The notes under the pieces were generated by a model. That model saw only the letters and a program-made list of their open reading frames with translations. It did not search any database and was not told where the DNA came from. Position numbers and translations under genes: made by a program. 64,000 nt of DNA, taken from the NCBI RefSeq assembly GCF_006345805.1, contig NC_043003.1, positions 45,570,001 to 45,634,000 on the forward strand. The letters run 5' to 3'. Source of the DNA: Octopus sinensis (taxonomy: Eukaryota). This document shows positions 45,591-59,708 of this stretch, one piece after another (positions within the stretch are counted from its first letter, which is position 1; the number at the start of each line of letters is the position of its first letter).

Positions 45591-46465
45591 TGCGAGAATT
45601 TGTTGTCTCCTATAAAGAATTCAATAAATAAAACATTCACTAATATTGCGAATAGCCACTTGGCAGAATAAAAATCCGATACATGCAACTAAAGCAGTAT
45701 TAAATTAAATAGCAATTCCATATATCATACATAATGCATACACATTCTCTATAGACCAAACCATAGACCATACTCGTTTATTGGTGCCCTGGCAAATTTA
45801 TTCTCCGTCCGATATTTATTACTTTTTTAAACATAACAATTCCATAAGGGATGTTATCATAAGACAAATACATGCGCGCGCGCGCGTGTGTGTGTGTTGC
45901 TTGTAATACTGCCTCACACCCATTGATGGAAAAAGCCTCCATGTCTTATGGAAGATTTGATAGCTCCATTTCAGTGATAAAGCCACAATCACAAGTGTGA
46001 TATTCCTTGACTTTGAGCTGTTAATCACTACATAAAATAGGGAGATGAATCTCTCGCCGAAGGTCCTTCCATTTCTGCACGGCCGTTAGTTTCGTAGGGA
46101 TCATTCAACGTCGAATGGAGTTTAGCATGATTTGTCAAGTAGATCGTCTGAGGTCGTTATGAGGATACTATATGGGGGTAAAGACGCTGAGCAAGGTAAG
46201 GAAGCACTCCAAACATGGCTAATGTTTCTAAACACTGGAGTACATGATAGCCATGGAGATGAGCTACACATATACACACTCACATACAAACGCATATGCT
46301 TATTGTATATCTGTATGCACGTATATGTATATGTGTGGTTTTGTGCGTTAGTATAATTGTATTCATATACATACACATGTACATATGTACAAAATTAGAT
46401 ATACAGATATGGATATATGTAGTCATATATATGTGTGCTATTAATATATATATATATATATATAT

Positions 46466-46650
46466 CCGGTCAGTCGAAGTCGACTCTCGGTCACTCGTTG
46501 GATCTGTGTCCTCCAGTCAGTTCTATCCTTTCAAATTGGCTATGTCCATTCCGGTATCCCTCTTGATGGTGTCAAGCCAGCGGGTCGGCCTCTTCCTCTC
46601 TTGCCACTGACCATTCCGAGCATGATGTCCTTCTCCAGGGATTTTCTAAT
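46466..46650 (-). mobile_element. RTE-clade (BovB-like) LINE 3' end
   Basis: Translates to SLEKDIMLGMVSGKRGRGRP..RWLDTIKRDTGMDIANLK..DRTDWRTQIQRVTESRLRLTG, the characteristic RTE C-terminus. It lies within (TA)n. Confidence 0.85.
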
Positions 46651-46679
46651 ATATGTGTGGCTTTATATATATATATTAT

Positions 46680-46742
<63 letters not shown>

Positions 46743-47398
46743 ATGTATATATATATATGCAAACCCACATACACACATGCACATTCATACCAATCTCTCA
46801 CTATCTCTACAGACATATATATATATGTATATATAGGAAGACTGTTAGATTATTATTTGTATGGACTTAAAGTTTGACCGCGATTCAGCATATAATTTAG
46901 TTATTGCAGTTTACTATTAATACCGATACAATCTACATTGGTTTATGTTTCTTTGTTGTAGTTTCATTAAAGTTAGTTTAATCCTGCCTATAAATTGATT
47001 GATGGATGAATGTGGTTATTAAACTTTCACTTTTATAGTATATTATGGAAGATGGTAAGGATTATAATTTTTGTATGACTTAATGGAGTGGTCACTGTTT
47101 CGTTATCTATTTAGGACTTGTAACTTACTGAGTTAATTTACCGATTCGGTTGTACGTAGTGTAAATGTGTTTGAAAGTCGTGGTTTCTTTGGTTTGTTTA
47201 TTCCCAAACAACACCTATTATAGAGCTGTTGACACCGCTGGATTGAGTAGTACTGCCCAGGTGACGAAACCATAATGATATCTGTGGGGCAGTTGAAGAT
47301 GGAGGTATGTTGGATTGTTATGTGGAACCATATGTTTGTATTGTTGGTAGGGCTGTTTTTGTATTTGTGGAATAGTATTATACCACATCCTTTCTGAT

Positions 47399-47443
<45 letters not shown>

Positions 47444-47468
47444 ATATATATATATATATATTATATAT

Positions 47469-47509
<41 letters not shown>

Positions 47510-48529
47510 AGATAGATAGATAGATACCTATACAAAATGTACTTCAACTTAAATAATTATTTAAATATAAACATCTGCTTCACTGTAAAGATTTCAGAAC
47601 TCGAAACTGACGACCGCAGATGTATGATATTAAGTACAAACAATATTAATTTTCTTATTATCGTTTTTGTAATAATGTAAATTTCTGAAGAAAATACAGC
47701 TTTTGACTATAGAATAGGTAAGTAAATCAATACTTACGCACGTGTGTGTGAGCGCGCGTACGCGTGGGCCGTAAGACATATTTGTACATACACGCATACA
47801 TATACATATAAATTATATATACATATATATTTATATATAAAGAGAGAGAGAGAGAAAAATAGTGTATATGTATTTATCTTTATAACTATCTATATATAAT
47901 ATTATATCATATTTATATATGTATACAGTAAATGAGATCATAATTCTTAGATAACTTCATTTCAATGAACAATATATTTCACTCAGTTTCCACAATAATG
48001 TTCTATATTGTTATATTTCGATGTAAAATACTTTAAACATGACTCGGTAAATCTACAGAATTTCAAATTTTTCTCGGATTCGCTCTTCGTTGCCACCTCA
48101 ACCTCATGTTCGATAAACTTTCGTGAAGGTATAAATTCCTAAACAGGTATTATTTCTTTACGTTTATTTTTCCGCTGGAGTAAAAGGATATCGACGAAAT
48201 TCCATTTTCACAGCAGGAATCTCACTTTTTCCTCCATCGTGTATAAGGAATAGATCTTCTAGATGTAGTCTTTAAAGAAGGTTAATGAATAGATAAAGTC
48301 AGAGTGTACGAATATGTGCAGTCCAGTCAATTTTTATATGTTGCCTATATAGCTATATTTGTTCCAAAAGTGGTAATCCGTTACAAGCTCCTGGGCAGAA
48401 AAGTACGTCCGCAGTACAAATTGAAGAAGGTGATAAAACACAAACCCATGGTGCTGAATCTGCCGGCTCCTGGAGCATCAGCGGCCGGTTAAGTGACCAC
48501 CCTAGCCACAGGCCCTGGTAAGCCCATTG

Positions 48530-49525
48530 ACAATACTGACATCATCAAGCACAGTAACATAAGAAACTTTGCAGATGATTCCAAGATCTAGAAATTCATC
48601 AATGAAGCGGATTACCGGGCATGCCTTCAGTCGGGTCTACTGGCTCTCATCCAGTGGTCGGAAAAGTATAATATGCTGCTAAACGAGGACGAATTTGAGT
48701 TAATCCACTTCGGAAAAGAGGATACCCTAAAACTCCCATACTCCTTTCCTTCAGGTGAAACTCTCAATGCGTCCAACAACATCAGAGACTTCGGAGTGAT
48801 TGTGGACAAAAACATAAGCTGGGCCGCTCAAATAAACAACAACGTTGCCATGGTCCGCAGAATGTGTTCCTGGAGTCTCAGAACTTTCTAGTTGAGAGAC
48901 ATCCACACCATTATCTTTCTCTTCTCCACTTTTGCCCGACTCCACTTTGCATATTGTTGTCCACTGTGGTCCCCCCCCCCACAGTATCATGATTGTTGAA
49001 GCACTTCAAAGATCAATTACAAAAAAGATAAATGGCATAACAGGCCTTGATTATTGGGGTCGACTAGAAATGCCCAAACGTTATTCTCTCCAACGTCGCT
49101 GTGACCGCTACTTCATATGCATGATGTAGAAAATATTCCACCAGCATTGCCCAAGTGATGTTCGCATCGCTTTTAAGATATACCCAAGACTTGGGCCCCG
49201 AGCTATACAGCCACAACAAAAATCACATTCGCATTACGTAACAATACGGCACAATTATTTCACCTCAATTGGACCCTCTCTATTTAACATTATAGCAAAA
49301 CACATTAAAGCAGAGACAGACACCATAAAGTTCAAGACATTTTTGGACAAATTCCTTCAAAAAATCCCGAATAAACCTACTACATTCTGATATGTCTCCG
49401 TAAACAATAACTCACTAGTTAAGTGGATCATGTTGTCCGATTCCTGATTTAAATGACGTTGCCAGGTGGTGCTATTAAGCTAGACTCGGCCTGGGCCAAT
49501 ACTGGCCGAAACCTATCAAAGTATT
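48530..49525 (+). mobile_element. CR1-like LINE 3' portion, decayed
   Basis: FADDSK, RDFGVIVDKNISW, EALQRSITKKI..LDYWGRL..YSLQRR. The 3' tail ends GGCCAATACTGGCCGAAACCTATCAAAGTAT. Confidence 0.8.
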
Positions 49526-50492
49526 TATTTTCATCATGTGCTGCACTTGGGCACATCATCAGTTTCCTGGACTCTAGGTGTTTCGTATCTTTCAGAGTGA
49601 CCCAGCCGGAGTTAACAAAATCCAAGCTTGTTAGTACTACCCGCTCGTAGCACTGCCCATTATTATGTCCCGCACTTCCTTCCTGATCTACACAGCAACT
49701 TTAAAGCAAACCCTGCTGCCTTCAAAGCCAACAGGTTGGTCTTCCACCTACTGGCCCCTGTAATGTCAATCATGTTGTAATCCCAGCAGATTAGTGCAAA
49801 ATACCAAAGCTGTTTCAGTCACAAGCTACGAAGCACAGATATTCTTCAAGCTTCACTTTCTTACACTATCACACAGCTTTTTTTTCTCATTCTTTCTATC
49901 TTCTTTAGCGAAACCCACGAGCAAATATTAGCGGTTTTATCAAGGTAACGCATTAATCTACCGCAGAAAAACAAAATCGCAAGGTCATCCAAAGGCTTTC
50001 CACAGAATGTTTGACGACCAAATCTAACTCAAAAGTCGTTGAGATTCAATAGAGGAGGTTTTAGTACCAGATTTTCTCTGTGGGATTGAACCCTGGAAAA
50101 TTCTATTCCAAACCTTACTTCTTAAGGACATTGTCCTTGTTAAGAATGTATGGTTAAATGATTATGTGTATGAAAGATCTTTTTTTTCTTTTAGTTAGTC
50201 ATAGGAGGATAAGGTATACCACGTAAGGCTAAGCCAATGTATCTGTATGTGCGTGAGTGTGTGTATGTGTGCATGTGGAAGTGTTTGTCTGGGTGTGTAA
50301 TGGTGTATGTTGAACTTTGATTTCCTGAGAGTATCTTCAAGTCTGTGTGTATACGCATATATATATATATATATATATATCTATATATATATATATATCT
50401 ATATTATATATATATGTATGTATGTATGCATGTAGTATATATACGATATATATACAGATATATATATATATTATATATATTATATAGCTATT

Positions 50493-50524
<32 letters not shown>

Positions 50525-51612
50525 CATATATATATGTATATATATATATATAACGCTTGTGTTGTGTTTTTGTCTGTAAGGTTATGTCCCCATGTGTGTG
50601 ATTCTGTGTGTATGTTATAAGGTTAAATGTACGCGGATGTATATATATATATATACATGTATATATACACGCATATGTGTCTGCGTGTAAGAAATGTTGG
50701 AACTATAAGTTTGATCTAAGGTTAAGTAGCAAATATGTGTGTGTGTATCTGTGTGTATGCGTGTATGTGTAGCTGCAGGTCTTTATATTCTGTTGCCAAC
50801 ACTTAAATCGCATTGTAACTCCAACGTCTTATGTCAAGACCTTATGTTACTTTCACTTTCTGTCCAAATTCCACCCTTCTACCCACGTCTCTTCTCCTTT
50901 CAAGAAGCATCATTGTGTGTCTTTAGACGGTAGACTAGCACCTGAGGACAAGAAGGTGTTGAGAAGATAGAACCAGAGTAGTGGCAGGAGAAGCAGGAGA
51001 CTCGTGAGAAGCAGGAGAGCGGGACGGGGGAGAGTAAGGGTAAGTGAGAAGGAAAGCTAAGGAGGAGATGTGGACGAGAAAATGAGGAGATAAGGGAGCT
51101 GAGAATGTTAGTGAGAGAGTGTGAGAGGGAGGAGGCGGAATAAAGAGGGTGGGAGAGGAACAGCTTATCCGAATGGTTGACATTTCTGACCGAAACACTT
51201 CAAAGAATGAAAGATCGAGTCATTTTCTCTAAAACACACACAAACACACACATACATAGGTACGTAACAATACATACATACACTCACGTACTTAAATACA
51301 CACACACACACAAACACAAACAGAGCAAGCATACACTTGCTTAGACACCATAACATAGACTCACACCCAAAACAACAGGCAGAGACGCATCCACGCATAC
51401 ATAGTAAAGCAAACACAGAAACGTAAAACTGTCATTATACAAATAGAAACCCATATTTCCATTACATCTGTGACTGACATGCAAACTATGTATGTATGTA
51501 TGTATATATGTATGAATGTATGTATGTATGTATGTATGTATGTATGTATGTATGTATGTATGTATGTATATATACACATATATATGTATGTATTTATATA
51601 TATATGTATATA

Positions 51613-51685
<73 letters not shown>

Positions 51686-51837
51686 TTAGTAGTGAATATT
51701 ATCTATGTAAGCGAGCGCAACCTTGTGGGGGTGTTTCTGTGTGTGTGCATGAATAATCGTTTCAACAATACATAACTATACACAAAGACTAGCGATTTGT
51801 AATTATATCATGGTTTTGGCCTCGTGGATATATATGG

Positions 51838-51868
<31 letters not shown>

Positions 51869-51956
51869 ATATATATACATATAATATATAAATATATGAT
51901 ATAGATACATATACATATAAATATATGAATAAATATATATATAATATATAAATATA

Positions 51957-51994
<38 letters not shown>

Positions 51995-52243
51995 TATATA
52001 TATATATGTGATGTATATATTATATATATGTATGATTATACATACATTCATAATATAATATACGTATATGTACATGCATATAATATATATATACATTCAT
52101 ACACATATTAATATTATATACATATAATAATATACGTATATTGTGCATGTATATAAATATACATTCATACATATATTAATATGTATCTGTCCATACATAC
52201 ATATATATACATATGTATATATTATATGCATTCATATATGTGC

Positions 52244-52275
<32 letters not shown>

Positions 52276-53320
52276 TATTACATAAATAAATACATACACA
52301 TACATATGATAACATTCATATGCACACATTATGAGTATGTAAATATATATCCATATACATATATACGTGCATGAAAATATGTAATACGTACTACAAGCGT
52401 GTTCGGTAATGAATATGTGTGTGTGTTGTGTGTCCGTGCATGCGGATACACACAAAAAGATACGTCCCTTGTGGGATTATGATCCTTCGACTCACCAACA
52501 ATATTAACCCTATACGCACCTTTGTGCATAATATACTTGCAATTTTTTTTTTGCGCTTGACTTTTTCCCCTATCTTTATTTACTCTACACGTAAAATCAT
52601 TCCATCTCTCTCTCTCTCATTCTCTCTTTCTCTCTCTCTCTCCCTCTCTCTCTCTCTCTCTCCATATTCCCTTTATTTCTTCATCTCTTTTATTCGTTTA
52701 ATCCTTCCAACATGTCCCCAGTCTCATTCTTTGTCATTGTCTCTTGTTTACTTTTTATCCCGACATGAATTTATTTATTATATTCTCACATTATTAACTA
52801 TGTTATTTATCGTCTGACATCTATCTTTCGACCAGATTGATCATCTTCAAAGTCTCCGCATCCGATCCCAGCCACAAAACAGTTCCCGGTCCTTTGATAT
52901 GACATCATTCCCTAGCAACCACGCAATCCACTATTTCCGCAGTGTCACAGCGATTGAAAATGGTCAAGATTTATTTTCTTTTTCTACTTACTTTCTAAAT
53001 TACTTGGGGTATAGACATAATCCATCCACCAGTTTAAAACTACCAACTTGCCCTTGGGTATCTTTAGAGTAAACCAACGTGGTTGTAAACATTAGGCCCA
53101 AGTCACCCGTTTAAGAATAAATTATTTCTTTACTCACATCAATCTCATGAGATTCTGAAGAACTTCATGGGAGGAGCTCTCGTTCTTCTTCGATTAGATC
53201 GTGAAAATTGATTTAATAAAAGAATTAAAAGCTAACATGTCTGTTTATTCTTTTCGGAAAATAAGGACAGGTGTGGTACATAGGCGGAGGTGTGGTACAT
53301 AGGCGGAGGTGTGGTACATA

Positions 53321-54231
53321 GGCGCAGGCGTAGCGGCGTGTTAAAAAGCTTGCTTCCCAATCACATGGACCTGGCTTCAGACACACTGCGTAGAACCTTG
53401 GGCAAGTGCCTTCTACTATATCCTCGAGCCGACCAAGGCCTTGTCAGTGGATTTGGTAGAAGGACACTGAAAGAAACCCATCGTATATATGGATATATAT
53501 CTGTGTGTCTTTATGTCTGTGTTTGTCCCCTCACCACCACTTGTCAACCAGTGCCTGTGTGTTTACGTCCCTGTAACTTAGAGATTTGACAAAAGAGACC
53601 AATAGAATAAGTACCAGACTTTAAAAAATAAGTACTGTTGTCGGAATCTTCCGCAGACACTATTTTGAATATTAGCATTTGAAGAACTCTCTAAATATAC
53701 ATATAAATTTTATTTACATTATTATTATTATTAATATTATAATATATATATATGCGCATAGGTGTGTGCCTGTGTTTGTGTGTCTGTTCTTGCCTACCCG
53801 ACCATCCGCTTGACAACCGATGTTGGTGTGTGTACGTCCCCGTAAATTAGCGGATCGGCAAAAGAGAATGATAAAAGAAGTATTAGGCTTACAAAAAATA
53901 AGTCTTGGTGTCGATTCGTTCGACTAAAGGCGGTGCTCCAGCATGGCCGCATTCAAATGACTTAAACAAATAAAAGAATATATATATAAATATATATCTG
54001 TATATATATACACGAGAGGCTACTTTCAATTTCCGTCTACAAAATCCACTCACAAGACTTTGATCGGCCCGAGGCTATAGTAGAAAATAATTGCCCAAGT
54101 TGTTCGCAGTGGGACTGAACCCGGAACAATGTGGTTGGTAAGCACTTACCACAAGGTGCCACGCAGTGGAATTGAACTGGGAACCATGTGGTTGTTAAGC
54201 AAGCTACTTACCACACGGCCACTCCTACGCT
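53321..54231. mobile_element. Cluster of SINE family A copies (+ 53321-53640, + 3' half 53770-53980, - 5' half 54010-54231)
   Basis: Homology to family A in both orientations. Confidence 0.75.
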
Positions 54232-54245
54232 TGTATATATATATA

Positions 54246-54274
<29 letters not shown>

Positions 54275-54276
<2 letters not shown>

Positions 54277-56761
54277 AGTAAGGAAAAATTTTTTTTTAAA
54301 TGCAGAATGCTCAAATGAAAGAAAATTTTAATAAAATGATAAAATGATAAAATATATAAATATATATTTATTCAACCGGTTTTCGTCATTGTATGACTTG
54401 TCAAGAATATTTATGTTTTAAGAAGTTATTTTCAAAATTAGAAAGGGGAAAAAAAGAAAATTGCATTGTTTTTTGTGAAAGAATAATGATAAAAATGTAC
54501 AAAAATTAAAAAATAAGTTCTCCGATACATTGTGAGTTCGTTGTGTATCTTGAGTTTTATGGTTGTTTACCAAAAAATTACCTTGAGGTGTTAAGATCCA
54601 AAGGGATTAAGAGCATGTGATGTGTTGTGTTGTAAATTCAGCATGTTGCAGGACAGGAAGTAGTAGTAATTGTGGTCCTGGTTCTTCAGTTCCTGGTTGT
54701 GGGTAATGGGAGACAACTCTTTTGAGTTCTTCAATAAAACCCAAATTATAAAACTATCATTTTAGCTTCATTGCATTATCTTTTTTATATAATTGCTTGT
54801 TAACTAACTTTCAGATTTTAACACTTTATTTATATTATTTTCTAATAATATAAATCTGCATAGACAATTGCATTTCAAATTGTCATATCATTTATAATAA
54901 AAATGATAGTAATACAACAATAGTAAAAATGATATTTAAAGAATATAAGTTTTAGCTTGAAGTGATGAATGCATGTATCTTTATATATTTGTGTTAGTCC
55001 ATCCATGAAGAGTGAGGTAGAGAAAGGAAGTTTGATCAACGAGGAGTTTGCATATTAAGTGGTGTTTGGAATTTTTCAATAAAGAGATTCTCCTTGTTAA
55101 TTCTCTCCTGTGTGGTGATCCCGTCTTTACATTGGTAGAAGGGGAATATATAGAATTTGGGGTTTAAGTCTTTAGCACATGAGTCTAAGTGGTCACTCAG
55201 TGGAATTTGTCGGTATTCCGGGAGATTTATTTGTTCTTTATGCACCGTTACTCGTTTACGTAACGGGAGACTCGTTTGTCCAACATAATTATGTTGGCAA
55301 CCAGCGCATGTGAGAACGTAGATAAGGTTCTCGGAGGAACAGAGAAGTTAGTCTTGATTTTAAACTTCGTACCTTGTTTGAAGGTAAATTCAGAGCCTTC
55401 AAGTAGAAAGGGGCAGGTACCACAGTTTGAGCGTGCACATTTTTTTACTGTTGGGAGTGGATGTGGTGTGTGAAGTTTGGCATTTGTCAAGAGTTTTTTT
55501 AAGATTTGTGTTGCCTTTTGCATTTGAGGATTTTGTGTGTATTTATAATGTTTTTCATTTTGGGTCTGTTGACAGTAGACTGAGGTTTTGTATGATTGTG
55601 GTGTATGCTTCGATATTTTTGGGGTTGTGGGTGGAAATGTATGGAAGTATTTTGAGGTTGTGTGTGGTGTTAGGTTGGGTGGTTTTCAGTGTAGTGTTGT
55701 CTAGTTCTTTGGCGCGTTTTATTCCATACTCTATAAGGGTGGAGGGATATTGACGTTGTAATAGTGTTTTTTGAGGTCTTGAAGGCGTATTTCTCGTGTT
55801 TTTGGATCCGAGACAATGGTGCATACCCTTTTAGCTAAATTGAAAGGGATATTTGTCTTGGTGTGTTTTGGGTGGCATGAACTAAAGAGGAGGTATTGTT
55901 GTGAGTCTGTAGGTTTGTGGTAGATGTCTGTTATGATTTGGTTCTTAGGTGTTTTTATAATTAGGAGATCAAGGAATGGGAGATGATGTTTGCTTAATTC
56001 CATAGTGAATTGGATGTTGGGATGTATGTTGTTTAGTATGGTTTTGAATTCCAGGAGTTTTTCATAAGGTTCTTTCCATATGATGAAACAATCATCTAAA
56101 TACCTTTTCCAGTTTTCCATTAGGTAGGTGTGGAAAATGTCCAAATTTCTGGCTTGATATTTCATAGAGTGACAGTTCGAAGTAACCCATTATGAGGTTC
56201 GCAAGGACTGGTGCAGCCTTGGTACCCATCGCAATGCACAATTTTGACGGTAGTGTGTGTCGTCGAAGAGAAAAAAATTGTTTGTCAGAATGAACTTAAG
56301 AGATTCTGTAATAAAAGACTTGTTAATGCGGTCAGGGAATGTCTCTGGGTGTTTTTGTAGCCAGAAGTCAATTGCCTCTATACCATACTCGTGTGGAATG
56401 TTGGTGTAGAGGTTGATGACATCAAAGGATACCAGGAGTGCCTCCTCGTTAACTGTTTTCGGGAGGTGTTTGAGCATGTCCAGATCATCCCTAATGAACT
56501 TTTGATGTGGGTAAGGAAAGGTTTCAAAAGGATGTCTAGGAAGTACTCAGGCGGTGTGTTTCACAGGAGGTACCAGCCACGATGGGCCTTAGTTTTAGGT
56601 CCTCCGGTGCTTTGATGTTGATGTGGATGTCAGTGGAGAGTTTGCAGGCTTCGGTGATGTATTTGTTTTTATGGATTTTAGGAAGGCCATAAAAAAGGGT
56701 GGGCTTGCATTTGAAAATGGTGATATAATCCCTTTCTTTTTCTGTGAGTCCCTGTGAGTCC
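54275..56761 (-). mobile_element. Penelope-like element (Neptune-like), 5'-truncated: RT + Cys linker + GIY-YIG endonuclease + 3' pLTR
   Basis: Frameshifted pieces FYGLPKIHK, LRPIVAG, LLVSFDVINLYTNIPH, WKRYLDDCF, LPFLDLLI, YHKPTDSQQYLLFSSCHP, KKCARSNCGTCP, NLIYVLTCAGCQHNYVGQT and ...KENLFIEKFQTPLN (stop 55036). The 3' noncoding tail has a hammerhead motif and AATAAA. (TA)n flanks both ends. Confidence 0.92.
54369..54409 (-). ncRNA. Minimal type I hammerhead ribozyme motif (U3-A8 variant) in the Penelope pLTR
   Basis: Minus strand: TATTC-TTGACAA-GTCAT(ACA)ATGAC-GAAA(A)-CCGG-TT|GAATA. Stem I is TATTC/GAATA, stem II is 5 bp, helix III is palindromic. There is one extra A in the GAAA run. Confidence 0.7.
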
Positions 56762-56772
56762 CATATGTTATA

Positions 56773-56824
<52 letters not shown>

Positions 56825-57007
56825 CATATATTGTGGCCAGTGTCCTGTCATGTATTAAAAAAACAGATATAATAAGCACTAAAAAAACAACTATTGGTCC
56901 CACCTATAAATGACCTGGAGAGATGAACTCAAGACACAAATATATCCCCTGTGTTGACATGTCAGTTTGGAAAAAAGTATTTTGATCTTCAAGAAAAAAA
57001 GCAACAA

Positions 57008-57047
57008 CAGTTGACACACGTTTCAGCCTGAACAGGCGTCATCACTG
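57008..57047 (-). ncRNA. Degenerate hammerhead motif
   Basis: Minus strand: CAG-TGATGA-C-GCCTG(TT)CAGGC-T-GAAAC-GTGT-GTC|AACTG. C3 and part of stem I appear deleted. Confidence 0.5.
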
Positions 57048-57639
57048 ATGCTATACTTTTTTTTCTGCAGACGAAATACAAGACAAATACATGGTAGAGT
57101 AGATTACATCTCCTAGAAACTTGCTACAGCTTTTCTATAGAAATTATAGCCAACACTGTCGCTTGTATCCGAATACGCCCAAGGTAAACAACAATTAGAT
57201 CGACTTATAAAGCGTTTTATATACTTTGTCGTATATTTCGTCGGTCTTTACGTTCTGAGTTCAAATTCCGCTGAGGTCTACTTTGCCCTTCACCGTTTCG
57301 GGATCGAGAAATTAAGTACCAGTTGTGTACTTGGGTCGATCTAATCGACTGGCCTCCTCTCGAAAATTTTCTGGCCTTGTGCCTTCAGTAGAAAAAATAA
57401 TACACTTTGTTCTATATTATGGTTTAATAAACCTGCGAGTTATTAATATGTACATACCAGCTACAAGGGACGAGTTTAATAGATAAAATTGGTATATCCA
57501 ATTCACCCTTATATTTAGTGGCTATTTAAGCAATGAGTTTGTGGATGGTCAATAGGTTGGATGGGCGCTGATGAACGAGTAAAAAATCCTGAAATATGGT
57601 ATATAAATCCCTAATCCATTTTTCCTTTTCGATGTCGTT

Positions 57640-57984
57640 GTTTACATTAGGCGTACTCGAAAACGGAATGTCCACAAGAGTAATTCATCTAAATTGGCTA
57701 ACCACGTATGGAATTTGAAGAGGGGCTCCATACCTCATAGAGTTAAGTGGAGAATAGGGAAGAAATCCAAGCTATATGCTAATAGATCTAAAAAATTTTA
57801 CTTATGCGTAGCAGAAAGATCTCATATTCTTCTTCGATCCAGCAATTCCAACATACTACTTAATTCAAGACCTGAAATTTTTAGCAGATTCACACACATG
57901 GCCTGGTTTCTTTTATCGAACTCGGAGAGCACCATCCGCTCCGAACTGAATCTCGCAATTGTATCCTTAACCAGTTGTATTTAA
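57640..57984 (+). mobile_element. Penelope-like (Naiad-type) GIY-YIG C-terminal fragment, decayed
   Basis: LANHVWNLK...VKWRI...YANRSKKFYLCVAERSHIL...LLNSRPEIFSRFTH matches the LS.YIW.LK / C.LCL.EK / LLNKR.E..CRH pattern recalled for this clade. Confidence 0.65.
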
Positions 57985-58297
57985 GGAGCTTTCTCCAGTC
58001 AAGGCGTACTAAGAACGTAATTTTTGATTTCGTTTCCTTTTTCTCGTTCCATTTTTGCACCAACCTTCTTCACTTTTTTTCCACGTTTTTTCTTATTTTC
58101 TTACTGAGCGACGTCCTTCATTTTTAAAATGATATACAACGCATAAAAGGAGCCTGAAAGATTGCTTTAAGATGCTCGGCGTATTTTGTAAATACGCCTA
58201 TCCAAGTATCATAATAACATACAACTGTTAGTAGCTCTTTCGGCTGTGTAGTTTATTTGATGTGAGTGTGTGTGTGTATGTGTGTGTGTGTGTGTGA

Positions 58298-58332
<35 letters not shown>

Positions 58333-58333
<1 letters not shown>

Positions 58334-58410
58334 AGTAATTCCTCGACGATCGCGGGTGTTACGTTCCAAACCCCACTGTGATAGGTGAACCGCGATATGG
58401 TGCGAGATTA

Positions 58411-58413
<3 letters not shown>
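58333..58413. mobile_element. ~81-bp pogo/Tigger-like MITE
   Basis: Imperfect TIRs CAGTAATTCCTCGACGATCGCGG / CCGCGATATGGTGCGAGATTACTG, with TA on both sides. Confidence 0.7.
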
Positions 58414-58465
<52 letters not shown>

Positions 58466-58541
58466 TATAATATATATATATATTATACATATGTATATTA
58501 CACTTATACATATATGTTTATGTATGTTTATGTATGTGTAT

Positions 58542-58585
<44 letters not shown>

Positions 58586-59137
58586 TATACACACACATAT
58601 GTATACATACACTTATACATATATATATATATATTTATGCATATAAATCACTGAGTATGAAGCGTGTGAATGTTTTTGCAAGTATACATGTGTATGCGTG
58701 TCTCTACGTATATGTGCGTATATATGTGTTTCTTAGTGTCTGTTTATAAATCTACTCAGATGGTATATATTTCTTGTTTGTATGCCTCACTGTATATGCG
58801 TATATGTGTGTGTGTGAATGTGCTTGCGTGTGTGTGTGTAGCTACGTATGTTGTTATCTGTACGTGTGGCTATTTATGAGTTTGTCTAACTTTTCACTTC
58901 TTTCTCGTTCTCCCTATCTAAAGCTCTCTTAAACACGCGAACATTCAAGCACACATGCACATCTGTGCGTATGTATATTATATATGTATGCTTCACGGGT
59001 GAGTGAAAATATTCAGCGACGTCACTGGTAAAGAAGGGAGACGAATGACATGTGGAATGAGAAATCGCTAGAGTGATAAAATATCAGAGATAAACGGAAT
59101 TGATATAATGTAACGGAGCGATAGATAGATAGATAGG

Positions 59138-59183
<46 letters not shown>

Positions 59184-59708
59184 TAGATAGATATATAGAT
59201 AGATAGACAGACAGATAGACAGATAGACAGACAAAGGGAGTAAGAAAGTGGGACAAGGAGAGAAGGAAAGAGATAAGAACAGGGCAGTTAGACAGCCATA
59301 AAAGAATTAAAAACGAAAAAAAAAACCCCAGAAAAATCAGCACATATTTTAACTCCGCATACGTGTCTTTAATTATATACGCATAACTTCATGTACACAC
59401 GTGAACTGGCGCGCACATACTCGCAGATACATACGTACACGTGCGCGCTCACACACACACAATCACGCACACTCACACACACACGTACAAACATTTATGC
59501 AAACATAGAAACAGATGCATATATATTGTAAAAGAATTTACATGAATAAAATTGATACTGATGTGGGTCTATAACATAACATGGAGTCGCCTCCACTTTT
59601 AGAAGTGCTCATTAGCCATTGGTGTCATTTACATATCTAAGCCAGGGATGTGCAACCTTTTTCGAGGAGCGGGTCGGATGAAACATGGATCATCATCAGG
59701 CGGACATC

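Noticed and set aside
53270-53325. Short direct repeats (3 x 19 bp here; 2 x 27 bp at ~10993; 2 x 20 bp at ~10016)
   Set aside because: No unique spacers and a eukaryotic context; these are local slippage duplications, not CRISPR arrays.
59643-59690. hAT-like left terminus CAGGGATGTGCAACCTTTTT
   Set aside because: No convincing matching right TIR or 8-bp TSD was found.
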